Below are positions 17,539 through 26,372 of a stretch of DNA of 37,349 nucleotides, piece by piece. This DNA is from a virus. Lineage: Duplodnaviria; Caudoviricetes. The notes below the pieces were generated by a model. The model worked only from the letters and a program-made list of their open reading frames with translations. It ran no database searches and was not told the origin of the DNA. The DNA lies in the IMG/VR virus record IMGVR_UViG_3300028326_000014, positions 1 to 37,349 of that record, one strand, 5' to 3'. The position numbers and the translations under genes were made by a program. The stretch's first letter is position 1. Each line of letters opens with the position of its first letter.

Positions 17539-18826
17539 ACCACTGGTCGAGTCCAAGCCGCTCCCGCCCCGGGAGGCCATGGCCTTTTGGGCCGACAAGG
17601 TGCCGGTCACAAAAAGTGAGTGGAATACCTTATCTGATGCGGCCAAGGCCCGGGCCTTTGTCGTGGCCGGGCTGGCCAAGGGCGATCTGCTCGACGCGGT
17701 CCAGGCATCCCTGGGCGATGCCCTTGCCCAGGGTCAGACGCTGGCCCAATGGAAAAAGAGCGTGGCCGGCCAGGGCCTGGCCGGACTCGGGTTTACCGAC
17801 GTCCGACTGGAAACGATCTATCGGACCAACCTGCAATCCGCCTATCAGGCCGGCCGCTATGCCCAGATGCAACGGGTGGCCGATGATCGGCCATACTGGC
17901 GCTATACCGCCGTCAATGACTCCCGAACACGCCCGACCCACCGGGGCATGCACGGGCTCACGTACCCGGCGGATCATCCCTTCTGGGACACGTACTACCC
18001 ACCGAATGGGTATAGGTGCCGCTGTTCGGTGCAATCGCTGTCGGCCAGCCAGGTCGAGTCCCGGGGTATCGAGGTCCAATCCGAGATCCCGGAGATGGTC
18101 CACTACAAGGACCCGACCACGCATTTCGAGACCGAGACGCCACTGCATCCGGACCAGGGATGGGCCGGCAACGTCGGCAAGGACTGGTTTGCCGGACTCT
18201 CGCCCGAGGAGCTGGACGAGGTCATTCATCCCCTGGTCACGCGGGCGGTGTGCCGGGACGGCGGCGGCCCGGCCTTTGCCGCCTCGGGCGACGTCTGCCG
18301 GCCGCCCCTGGCCAGCCTCGACGCCAGGCACGTGCTGCCCGTGGCCGAGGGGGACATCCTGCCGGAGGGGCTCACCCCCGAGACCTACGTCAAGGCGTTT
18401 TTGGCGGAGTTCGGGCTCAAGGGGTTGGACGGGTCGAAGGTGATCACACTGCCGGGCGTTGCGTTGCCGGTTGTGGTGAACAAAGGATTTTTCTGGGACA
18501 AGCGCCTCAACGAGTGGAAGGCCACGAAATACGGGCGTGCCCCCTATGTGCGACTCCTGGCCAGGACGCTGCTCGATCCCTATGAAATCTGGAGTGTCCC
18601 GGCCGAAGTGGCGAAAAGACCCATGAACGTCTTGCGTTTGATCCGGCTGTTCGCCACACCGCAAAAACAGGTGGGGGGCTTCGTCGTTTTCAACCTGGTG
18701 CGCCAACGCCAGTGGCAGGCGGCCACCGCCTTCACGCCCAAGGTGCTAAAAACACCGCTTGAAATGCTGGAATATTTGGAAAAGCAACGCGTTGGAACGC
18801 TGTTGTATCGTGAGGAAAAGCCATGA
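17531..18826 (+). CDS. MuF minor head protein with C-terminal PBECR2-like nuclease domain
   Basis: RLETIYRTN, DSRTRPTH, FWDTYYPPNGYRCRC; extension LLDPYEIW...WQAATAF...YLEKQRVGTLLYR. GTG start at 17531. Confidence 0.85.
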   Translation: MAKPLVESKPLPPREAMAFWADKVPVTKSEWNTLSDAAKARAFVVAGLAKGDLLDAVQASLGDALAQGQTLAQWKKSVAGQGLAGLGFTDVRLETIYRTNLQSAYQAGRYAQMQRVADDRPYWRYTAVNDSRTRPTHRGMHGLTYPADHPFWDTYYPPNGYRCRCSVQSLSASQVESRGIEVQSEIPEMVHYKDPTTHFETETPLHPDQGWAGNVGKDWFAGLSPEELDEVIHPLVTRAVCRDGGGPAFAASGDVCRPPLASLDARHVLPVAEGDILPEGLTPETYVKAFLAEFGLKGLDGSKVITLPGVALPVVVNKGFFWDKRLNEWKATKYGRAPYVRLLARTLLDPYEIWSVPAEVAKRPMNVLRLIRLFATPQKQVGGFVVFNLVRQRQWQAATAFTPKVLKTPLEMLEYLEKQRVGTLLYREEKP

Positions 18827-18830
18827 AGTA

Positions 18831-19020
18831 TCGCGAGAGACTTCGGTAGGACCGGCTCCGAAGTCAGACGCGCGGCCTACTTATCCCCCCGGCCGGGGGT
18901 CGGCCGCTACGCCTGGGTCTCGCGAGTGAAGCATCTGGCCGTCCCTGGCCGGCCAGACCGGCGGGCCCTTGTTTGCGACCCCCGCCAGGGCGAGGTTCAG
19001 GTACGCCGCCGTTGCTTCGT
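18831..19020 (-). ncRNA. Candidate structured ncRNA with two multibranch, tRNA-like domains, convergent with MuF
   Basis: Seven stems predicted by eye; minus-strand promoter TTGACC(19054-19049)-16-TATATA. Confidence 0.6.
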
Positions 19021-19072
19021 ACATCATATATAGAGCCGGAGCGCGTCCGGTCAAGCGCCTCGGTGAGATCGT

Positions 19073-19178
19073 TTGAGACCGCCTTAGACCTATCGAACTT
19101 TCATCTCTCCCCCTCGGCCTTATTGGCAGCTGCCGCACCGTGCGGGCAGCCGCGCGTCTTAGACCTATTTTAGACCTA
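19073..19178. repeat. Phased TTAGACCTA repeats near the genome centre
   Basis: Copies at 19084-19092, 19159-19167 and 19170-19178, plus a degenerate copy at about 19073. Confidence 0.6.
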
Positions 19179-19244
19179 GGATTCTACCAGGATTATCCCA
19201 CCCATCCCCTCAATCGCGGACCAACGTCCCCGGACGCGCAAAAA

Positions 19245-19298
19245 CCGTGCACAGGCGTGCATGGCCGCATGGTCCGCTCCCCACCTCCCGGGCATAGT
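19245..19298 (+). promoter_or_regulatory. Candidate activator-dependent late promoter (head/tail operon)
   Basis: CCGTGCAC-N4-GTGCATGG at 19245-19264, 28 nt, CATAGT, ATG 6 nt later. Confidence 0.7.
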
Positions 19299-19304
19299 CG
19301 CCTC

Positions 19305-20213
19305 ATGAATCTCACCCATTGGATCGAGTGCGCCAGGACCGGGCGCTGGACAGCCATGAACGGCCAGCCGGTGGATCTGACCTCGGCTGACCTCGACCGC
19401 ATCGCGGCCGGGTTCAAGCCCGACGATCCGGACGGCTCGCCGCTGGTGCTCGGGCATCCGCACACGGACGATCCGGCTTACGGCTGGGCTGCCGGCGTGC
19501 GGCGGGATGGCGACCGGCTGTTGGTGCAATTCCGGGACGTGCCGGACACCGTCCGCAATCTGGTGGACTCCGGCCGCTACCGCAACGTCTCGGTCAAGCT
19601 GTCTCCAGACAAAAGCCGGTTGATCCATGTGGGCCTTTTAGGGGCCGTGCCCCCGGCCATCACCGGGCTAGCCCCGGTCAAACTTTCGGCCGGCGGCGAC
19701 GACGGCCCGACCATCGAATTTTCGGGAGGAACCATGAACGAGGTTGAACAGCTCAAGGCGCAAATTGCCCAGCTCAAGGCCCAGTTGGCCGGCGGTGCGG
19801 ACAAGGACCGCATCAAGGCCCTGGAAGACGAGTTGGCCAAGACCAAGGATGCCCTGGCCCAGGCCACGGGCAAAACCCAGGAAACCGAGCAGGCCTTCGC
19901 CAGCTACCGCGCGGCCGAGACTGACAAGGCCCGGGAAACCCGGTTTGCCGGGCTGGTGGCGGCGGACAAGATCCTGCCCGGCGAGAAGGCCAAGGTGCTG
20001 GCCTTTGCCACGGCTTTGGGCGCAGCGACGGGCGAAATCGAATTTGCCGCCCCGGACGGGCAGGTCGTGAAGGTGTCCCAGGAAGAGGCCTACTGGCGCG
20101 ACCTGGAGACCCGGCAGCCGCAAGGCCTGCTGACCGAATTCGCCGCGCCCGGCATGACCAACCAGATCCAGAGCTCCGGCAAGATCCCCGGCGATCTGGC
20201 CAAGCACGTGTAA
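19305..20213 (+). CDS. Prohead protease (Mu gpI-like) with nested in-frame scaffold starting at 19734
   Basis: PLVLGHP, PAYGW, GRYRNVSVKL, HVGLLGAVPPAI; internal GGAGG-N4-ATG at 19734 precedes a coiled coil. Confidence 0.88.
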   Translation: MNLTHWIECARTGRWTAMNGQPVDLTSADLDRIAAGFKPDDPDGSPLVLGHPHTDDPAYGWAAGVRRDGDRLLVQFRDVPDTVRNLVDSGRYRNVSVKLSPDKSRLIHVGLLGAVPPAITGLAPVKLSAGGDDGPTIEFSGGTMNEVEQLKAQIAQLKAQLAGGADKDRIKALEDELAKTKDALAQATGKTQETEQAFASYRAAETDKARETRFAGLVAADKILPGEKAKVLAFATALGAATGEIEFAAPDGQVVKVSQEEAYWRDLETRQPQGLLTEFAAPGMTNQIQSSGKIPGDLAKHV

Positions 20214-20222
20214 GGAGCTGTC

Positions 20223-20810
20223 ATGAAAGCCAGAATCGGAACCCTGTCCTATGACGATCAACGCGCTCGGGGCGGCGGCCATGCTCCGGTCGTCGTCACC
20301 CGCGCCCTGGCCACCGGCCAGGGCGTTCTGCCGGCCGGGCTGCTCCTGGCCAAGAGCGCCGCCGGCGCGGTGCCCTACGAAGAGATCGCGGCCGAGGTCA
20401 TCGCCGCCGGCACCGGCGCGCTCAAGGATTTTGCCGCCACCCTGGCCAAGGCGCCGGTCCATCCGGGCAGTCTGGCCGTGACCGACGGTGTCGAGACGTT
20501 TGTCGACGACGGCTGTGGCCGGCTGGTCGGCAGCGCCGGCGGCTCGGGCGTCATCCATTATGACACCGGCTCGGTCAGCGTCTCGTTCAAGGTCTCCCCA
20601 GCCAACGGCACCAACGTGGCGGCCGCCTATGCCCGCCGGTTGGCCGGCGTGCTGGATGAGGAGACCGACACGGCCGTGACCGGCTCCGGCCTGGTCGTCA
20701 TCCACGGTTCGGTCAGGGCCGACGTGCTGGGGATCGGCGCCACGACCAAATCCACGCTGTCCGCCGCCACCCTGGCCCGGCTCACCGAGGCCGGCATCTA
20801 CGCCGCATAA
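20223..20810 (+). CDS. Head decoration protein
   Basis: Between protease and capsid; GVLPAGLLL and AGVL...VVIHGSV pattern. Confidence 0.7.
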   Translation: MKARIGTLSYDDQRARGGGHAPVVVTRALATGQGVLPAGLLLAKSAAGAVPYEEIAAEVIAAGTGALKDFAATLAKAPVHPGSLAVTDGVETFVDDGCGRLVGSAGGSGVIHYDTGSVSVSFKVSPANGTNVAAAYARRLAGVLDEETDTAVTGSGLVVIHGSVRADVLGIGATTKSTLSAATLARLTEAGIYAA

Positions 20811-20819
20811 GGAGCGATC

Positions 20820-21797
20820 ATGTACAATCTCAGAGGCCTTTTTACCCGGGACGCCATCATCCGCTATCTGACGTCCCTGCCGGTCATCCTGACGCCGGTC
20901 ATGGACACCATCTATACGGACCGGCCGCAGCACGCCCTGCCGGTGCTGGGCGCCGACGACGTAGTGCAGCAGGCCATGCCGTTGCCCGTGATCCGGCGCG
21001 GCGCCCCGTCCATCCCGGCCGTGTCCGAGTCCGGCTCCATCGTCACCTACGAGCCCATGCCCATCCGGGCCCACAAATTTATTACCGGCGCGGATCTGTC
21101 CAACCTGCAAGTGCTCCACGGCGACGGGTTGGATGCCTGGGCTACCCAAAAGACCGATCTTTTGCGCCGGGCCGTCCGTCGCACCACCGAGGCCCTGTGC
21201 GCCCTGTCCCTGTCGGGCTCCGTGTCCTGGCCCATGGCTTTGGAAAATGGCGGCTTCGAGGCCTACGAGATCGAGTACGGCGACCCGCTGGCGATTGTGC
21301 CGGACAAGGCCTGGGACGCCAGCAATGCCAAGCTGGGCGATGTGTTCGCGGTTTTGTCCGACATGCAGGAGGCCCTCCAGGATAATGGCTACGGCGGCAC
21401 GGTGGAGATCTGGGCCGGCCGGAGCGCCTTCCGGGCTCTGTTCTCCATTGCCGAGGCGTCGGTCAGTACGGCCAAGATGCAGGTGGAGATCACCGAAGCC
21501 GGCATCAACGTCGGCGGCTACCTGATCAAGCGCCGGGCCGAGCGCTACCGCAACCCGCAGACCACGAAAATGGTGCCGGTGGTGGCGGACAAGCAGGTCA
21601 AGATGATCGCCACGGACGCCGGCCACCGGCTGCCGTACTGCGCCCTGGACGATCTGGACGCCAAGCTCCAGCCCATGCCGTTTTTCGTCAAGCCCATCCC
21701 GAAGAGCGACCCCAGCGGTTACAAGCTGGTGGCCGAGTCCAAGCCGTTCCCTGTGCCCAACGTCAAGGGCATCTGCGACGCCACGGTGCTGGCGTAG
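20820..21797 (+). CDS. Major capsid protein (lambda E-like family)
   Basis: Position and size; RRTTEALCALSLSG and DPSGYKLVAESKPFPVP. Confidence 0.85.
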   Translation: MYNLRGLFTRDAIIRYLTSLPVILTPVMDTIYTDRPQHALPVLGADDVVQQAMPLPVIRRGAPSIPAVSESGSIVTYEPMPIRAHKFITGADLSNLQVLHGDGLDAWATQKTDLLRRAVRRTTEALCALSLSGSVSWPMALENGGFEAYEIEYGDPLAIVPDKAWDASNAKLGDVFAVLSDMQEALQDNGYGGTVEIWAGRSAFRALFSIAEASVSTAKMQVEITEAGINVGGYLIKRRAERYRNPQTTKMVPVVADKQVKMIATDAGHRLPYCALDDLDAKLQPMPFFVKPIPKSDPSGYKLVAESKPFPVPNVKGICDATVLA

Positions 21798-21809
21798 GGA
21801 CCATCTGCC

Positions 21810-22244
21810 ATGACCGCCTATTGCTCCCGCACCGACCTCGAGGACTACGTGCTGGCGGCCTACCTGGACGCGGCCGAGAAGCTGCGCGCGGGCACGGTGG
21901 CCACCCACATCGGCCAGGTCTCGGGCGAGATCGACGAGGCGCTGGCCCCACTCTACAGGGTACCGCTTACCCCCGTGCCGGCCACGGTCAAACGGATCTG
22001 CGCCGTCATGGCCGCCTATCGGGTGGTCGGCGGCGTGACCACGCTGGTGACCGAGGGCGGCACCACCAAGGACGAGTGGATACCGCTCCAGGCGGCGGTC
22101 AAGCAGGCGCAAATCGACCTGGACGCCATGCGCAAAGGCACATCCGGCTACGGCCTGGACGGCTACGAGCTGGTCGACCAGGCCGTGATCGTCAAATCAG
22201 ACCGGCCCATCTTTGGCGACCGGTTCTGGCGGGAGCACTACTAA
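21810..22244 (+). CDS. Head-tail connector (Mu gp36/DUF1320-like)
   Basis: AYCSRTDL, EIDEAL..Y.VPL.PVP. Confidence 0.8.
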   Translation: MTAYCSRTDLEDYVLAAYLDAAEKLRAGTVATHIGQVSGEIDEALAPLYRVPLTPVPATVKRICAVMAAYRVVGGVTTLVTEGGTTKDEWIPLQAAVKQAQIDLDAMRKGTSGYGLDGYELVDQAVIVKSDRPIFGDRFWREHY

Positions 22245-22245
22245 A

Positions 22246-22704
22246 ATGGCTGGCACCTCCTTTAAAATGCCTCTGGGGCCGTTCATGGCCGTCGTGGGCA
22301 AGGCCACCGCCATGGTGGCCGACACGCAACACCTGGCCGAGCAGATCGGCGAGGTGCTCGTGTCCGGCACCCAGGATCGTTTTGAAAAAGGCGAGGGCCC
22401 GGACGGCACGCCCTGGCCGGCCACCAAGCGCGGCGGCCAGATCCTGGTGGACACGGGCAAGCTCAAAGCCTCCATCGGTTACGAGGCCTCGCCGTCCATG
22501 GTCGCGGTCGGCACGGCCGACATCCGGGCCGGCACGCACCAGTTCGGGGCAAAAAAAGGGGCCTATGGCAACACCGGCAAGGGCCATCCCATCCCCTGGA
22601 ACGACATCCCGGCCCGGCCGTTCATCGGTATTTCCGAAGCGGACGAGCAAGCGTCCAAGGCCTGCGTGACCCGGCATGTGGCCCGGTCGTTTGGCGGCAA
22701 ATAA
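22246..22704 (+). CDS. Virion morphogenesis / tail completion protein (Mu gpG-like)
   Basis: PDGTPW, LVDTGKLKASI, HQFG, IPARPFIGIS. Confidence 0.9.
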   Translation: MAGTSFKMPLGPFMAVVGKATAMVADTQHLAEQIGEVLVSGTQDRFEKGEGPDGTPWPATKRGGQILVDTGKLKASIGYEASPSMVAVGTADIRAGTHQFGAKKGAYGNTGKGHPIPWNDIPARPFIGISEADEQASKACVTRHVARSFGGK

Positions 22705-22716
22705 GTATCAGGCAAA

Positions 22717-23262
22717 ATGAGAACCCTGGCGGAAAATATCATCACCACTGCGGCCGTGACGGCCGGCGTGCCCGAGGCGGCCATCATGGCCGAGCCGGAC
22801 AAGCAGCGCGGGCCGATCCTGGTCAAGCCGCGCCTGGAAATCGGCTGGCTGTCCGAGACGCTGGTCCGCGCCCCCAGGCGCCTGGCCCGATTGCCCCGGC
22901 CGGCGACAAAAGAGGCGGACACGGACTGCCGCATGCGCTGGGTGGTCTACGCCGTGCGACTGCCTGTGCGGCTGACGCTCCGCACCGAGGACGGCGACAG
23001 CCTGGATACCCTGGCCAAGGCTTTTTTGTTGGCCCTGCCCAAGCTGGCGGCGGACGCGGACGGCAACCTCGTGACCATCAAGGCGAGTCGGGCGGCCTAT
23101 GGCGGATTTTTGAGCCGAATCGCCGAGCCCTTGCCGGAGCGGAGTTGCGCCATCCACGTGGCCTTTGCCGGATTTTTGTGCCGCGACGTGTCCAAGCCCT
23201 GGATCAAGACAGTCACTTTTAATGATCCCGTCACTTTTAAGGGAGTGCGCCATGACGGATAG
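22717..23262 (+). CDS. Neck/tail-terminator region protein
   Basis: Synteny only. Confidence 0.65.
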   Translation: MRTLAENIITTAAVTAGVPEAAIMAEPDKQRGPILVKPRLEIGWLSETLVRAPRRLARLPRPATKEADTDCRMRWVVYAVRLPVRLTLRTEDGDSLDTLAKAFLLALPKLAADADGNLVTIKASRAAYGGFLSRIAEPLPERSCAIHVAFAGFLCRDVSKPWIKTVTFNDPVTFKGVRHDG

Positions 23263-23611
23263 CGAAAATCTGGACACCGCAACGACCGGTACGGCCCAGG
23301 CGGCCCAGGCGGCGGAATCTGACGAAACCACGACCGCCGGCAGCGAAACGGCCGGGAAGGCCACAACCACAACCGAGGAAACGACCATGACCACCACGGC
23401 AACCAGTGCGACCAATCAGGCCGAGGCGGCCACCACGACGACGGCCGAGGAACTGGTGGACGTCGAAACGCTGGGCAAGGATCTGCCCGGCTGGAAACTG
23501 GCCGGGCTTATGCGTCACCAGCGTTGGGCCAGCGGCAAGGCCGTGACCCAGGCCGCCTTTGATGCCGCTCTGGCCGCCTTCGAGGGCCGGCCGCTCGGCG
23601 GCGGGAGGTAA
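23252..23611 (+). CDS. Hypothetical protein with Thr/Ala-rich N-terminus
   Basis: SD GGGAG; precedes the sheath gene. Confidence 0.6.
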   Translation: MTDSENLDTATTGTAQAAQAAESDETTTAGSETAGKATTTTEETTMTTTATSATNQAEAATTTTAEELVDVETLGKDLPGWKLAGLMRHQRWASGKAVTQAAFDAALAAFEGRPLGGGR

Positions 23612-23613
23612 CG

Positions 23614-25317
23614 ATGGGTCAATTGCATGATGTTTTTGAATATATCGTCGATGGCACCAGCGGCCTGACCCCGGGCGATGTCTCGGGGACCGCCGTCATC
23701 GCCGGCGTGTGCTCGGCCGGTACCGTCGGCAAACTCTACTACCTGGGCAAGTCCTCCGATTTGTCGGGACTGCTCGGCGTCGGCCCGTTGGTGGACGCCC
23801 TGCGCGACATCTTCGCCACGGCCGGCCAGGACGCCGTGGTCATGGCCTGTCCCGTGACCGGCCAGGCCGGCGGCTACATCACCGACGTGATCCACACCGG
23901 CGAGGGGCCGACCGCCACGGTGTCGGGCTATCCGGCCGCCAACGCCGACGTGATTTGCCGGATCGTGACCGGCGGGGCGCTCGGCACGGCCACGGCCCAG
24001 GTAAGCCTGGATAACGGCGCCACCTACGGGGCTGCCGCCGTGGTGCCGGTCACCGGGCAGATCCCGTGCGGCGCGTCCGGAGCCACGCTGGTGTTGGGCA
24101 CGGGCGACCAGGTGGCTGGCGACACCTACAAGGTGGACGTGCGCACGCCCGTCGGGCCCATCACCAAGGTGGGCACCGGCCCGGACATCACGGCCGCCGG
24201 CACGCCCTTGGCCGCCGCCCAGGTGTCCCTGGTCATCACGGCCAGCGGCGCGCGCAATGCGGGCCAGTACGAGCTTTCCGTGGACGGCGGCGACAACTAC
24301 GGCGCGACCAAGACCATCCCGGTGGATGGTCAAATTGCCGTTGGCACGACCGGCGTCGTCATCACCATGCCGGTCGGCACGTACGTGGTTGGCGACACCT
24401 ACACCTTTTTGGTCCTGGCCCCGGTGCCCACGGTCATTTCCGTGATTTCGGCCCTTACCCTGCCGCTTGAAACGGTGGACCCTGAATTCATCTATGTGGT
24501 CGGTCCGTCCGACAGCGTGGATTGGGCATCCCTGGGGGCGCTCATGGACACCGAGTTTTCCAAGCACCGGCCGAAATTCGTTATCTGCGAGGCGCGCCAA
24601 CCCGAAAGCGATGAGGACGTGGACGACTGGGTGACGGCGCTGATCAAGGAGCGCGACGGATACGCCCATCGATTTGTGTGCGTCGTGGCCGCTTACGGCG
24701 AAGTGAGCGACACCACGGGATACACCAAGCAGCGCAACGCCGCCGGGTTGGTGGTTGGGCGCGTGCTCAATATCCCGGTCATGCGGGCCATCGGCCGGGT
24801 GCGCGACGGCGCCGTGTCCCAGCTGGCCCTGCCCTCGACCTATACCGAGGCCCACGTGGCCTTGCTTGAGGCCAACGGCTACATCCCCGCCAAAAGGTAC
24901 GCCAGCCTGGAGGGCACCTACTGGGGCGAGGCCCATACCATGGCCGACGCCACCTCGGACTATCAGTGGATCGAGGTGTTGCGGACCGTGTTCAAGGCGC
25001 TCCGGCTCCTGCGTATCCAGGCCCTCAAGTCCATGTACGACGAGGTCGGCGATCCAGTCATTGAGGGCGGCGCGGCCGGCCTGGCCTACCTTCAGGGCAA
25101 CCTGGAAAATGCCCTGGGCACCATGATCAAGGCCGTCCCCAAGGAACTGGCCGGGGATGTGGTCTACCTGCCGCCCAATCAGGACATCGTCAACAACGGC
25201 GTCGCCTGCGAAATCACGCTGATCGGCATCCCGATCATCCGCAAGATCAAGCTCTACGCCAGTTATGTCTACGCCGGCAGCACGTTCGATCCGCGCCTGT
25301 CCAGTAGTGCGGCATAA
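23614..25317 (+). CDS. Tail sheath protein (DUF2586-like)
   Basis: Size and position; AIGRVRDG, SDYQWIEVLRTVFKALR, PIIRKIKL. Confidence 0.85.
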   Translation: MGQLHDVFEYIVDGTSGLTPGDVSGTAVIAGVCSAGTVGKLYYLGKSSDLSGLLGVGPLVDALRDIFATAGQDAVVMACPVTGQAGGYITDVIHTGEGPTATVSGYPAANADVICRIVTGGALGTATAQVSLDNGATYGAAAVVPVTGQIPCGASGATLVLGTGDQVAGDTYKVDVRTPVGPITKVGTGPDITAAGTPLAAAQVSLVITASGARNAGQYELSVDGGDNYGATKTIPVDGQIAVGTTGVVITMPVGTYVVGDTYTFLVLAPVPTVISVISALTLPLETVDPEFIYVVGPSDSVDWASLGALMDTEFSKHRPKFVICEARQPESDEDVDDWVTALIKERDGYAHRFVCVVAAYGEVSDTTGYTKQRNAAGLVVGRVLNIPVMRAIGRVRDGAVSQLALPSTYTEAHVALLEANGYIPAKRYASLEGTYWGEAHTMADATSDYQWIEVLRTVFKALRLLRIQALKSMYDEVGDPVIEGGAAGLAYLQGNLENALGTMIKAVPKELAGDVVYLPPNQDIVNNGVACEITLIGIPIIRKIKLYASYVYAGSTFDPRLSSSAA

Positions 25318-25326
25318 GGAGGCCCT

Positions 25327-25773
25327 ATGATTAACGGAAATACGTATGACTGGGAATCGGTCACGATTCAGGGACCCCAGGGGATCATGGTCGACGTCCA
25401 GGAGATCTCCTACGAGGACGAGCGGCCCGTCGACCCCACCTATGGCAAGGGCTCGATTCCCCAGGGCTACGGCCGCAAGAATTACAAGGCATCGGGCAGC
25501 CTGACGCTGTTGCGCACCGAGTACGAGGCCCTGCGCCTGGCCTGCGGCGGCTCCATCTATACCCGGCAGCCCGTGTCCATCGTGGTGGCCTATGCCAACG
25601 ACGACCAGGACACGGTGGTGGACACCCTGCCTTGTATCCACCTGACCAAACAGTCTACCGGCCCCAAGCAGGGGGAGGAGAAGATCGAGGTCAAGCTCGA
25701 CATGCAGATTCTCTCGCCCATCCAGTGGGGCGGCCAATCCGCCTACGACGACGCCGGCGCGACCGGTGACTAA
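25327..25773 (+). CDS. Tail tube protein
   Basis: INGNTYDWESV, YGKGSIPQGYGRKNYKASGSLTL; follows the sheath. Confidence 0.85.
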   Translation: MINGNTYDWESVTIQGPQGIMVDVQEISYEDERPVDPTYGKGSIPQGYGRKNYKASGSLTLLRTEYEALRLACGGSIYTRQPVSIVVAYANDDQDTVVDTLPCIHLTKQSTGPKQGEEKIEVKLDMQILSPIQWGGQSAYDDAGATGD

Positions 25774-25788
25774 CCCCAAAAGGAGACC

Positions 25789-26178
25789 ATGATGCCTGAT
25801 ACCACTGCCACTGTCGGCACGGCTACTATCCCGGCCGCCGGCCAGACGACCGCGACCGCCAGCCAGACCACGACCGGCGCCACGACCGGAGACGGCGCGC
25901 CCCAGCCCCTGGAGCTGTCCCACACGTTTACCGACTTCGCGGACAAGGAGCGGACCGTTACCTATCACTTCCGGCGGCCGAGCCGGTCCCAGATTTCCCG
26001 GACCGTGGACGGCATCCGCAAAAACGCCATGAACTCCCTGCGCACGCTGTGCCTGGACTGCGTGGTGGCCGAGGAAAAGGACCGGCTCAAGGCCGACTTC
26101 GACGCCTATGACGGCCTGGGCTCCACCTTCGGCAACGAGATCCTCGGCCGCATGGGCTTCGGCGAACTGGGAAAGTAA
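25789..26178 (+). CDS. Tail assembly chaperone (G-type)
   Basis: Between tube and tape measure; ends in slippery G GGA AAG. Confidence 0.85.
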   Translation: MMPDTTATVGTATIPAAGQTTATASQTTTGATTGDGAPQPLELSHTFTDFADKERTVTYHFRRPSRSQISRTVDGIRKNAMNSLRTLCLDCVVAEEKDRLKADFDAYDGLGSTFGNEILGRMGFGELGK

Positions 26179-26372
26179 TCCGCGCCGCCTCGGCCGATCT
26201 GGCCGAGGACGGCGCCGCGCAAATGGCCGTCCTGGTGCGCTATTGGCTGCATAAGGCCCCGGCCGATGATCTGGATGCGTTCGTGGGGCAAGTAGCCCAA
26301 GCAAAATGGATGGAAGACCGGATGTGGCAGACGTTTGCGACTATTATGAGCAAGGCCATAGGAGGCAAATAA
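26175..26372 (+). CDS. -1 frameshift extension of the tail assembly chaperone (GT-type)
   Basis: Open -1 frame of 65 codons (VIRAASAD...AIGGK) ending at TAA 26370-26372, adjacent to the tape-measure GTG. Confidence 0.8.
   Translation, partial: VIRAASADLAEDGAAQMAVLVRYWLHKAPADDLDAFVGQVAQAKWMEDRMWQTFATIMSKAIGGK

Noticed and set aside
23515-26304. 929-aa minus-strand ORF, and similar long antisense ORFs at 3632-5470, 19668-22112, 27260-29194 and 15964-17286
   Set aside because: Shadow ORFs opposite well-supported genes in GC-rich DNA; no recognisable motifs.
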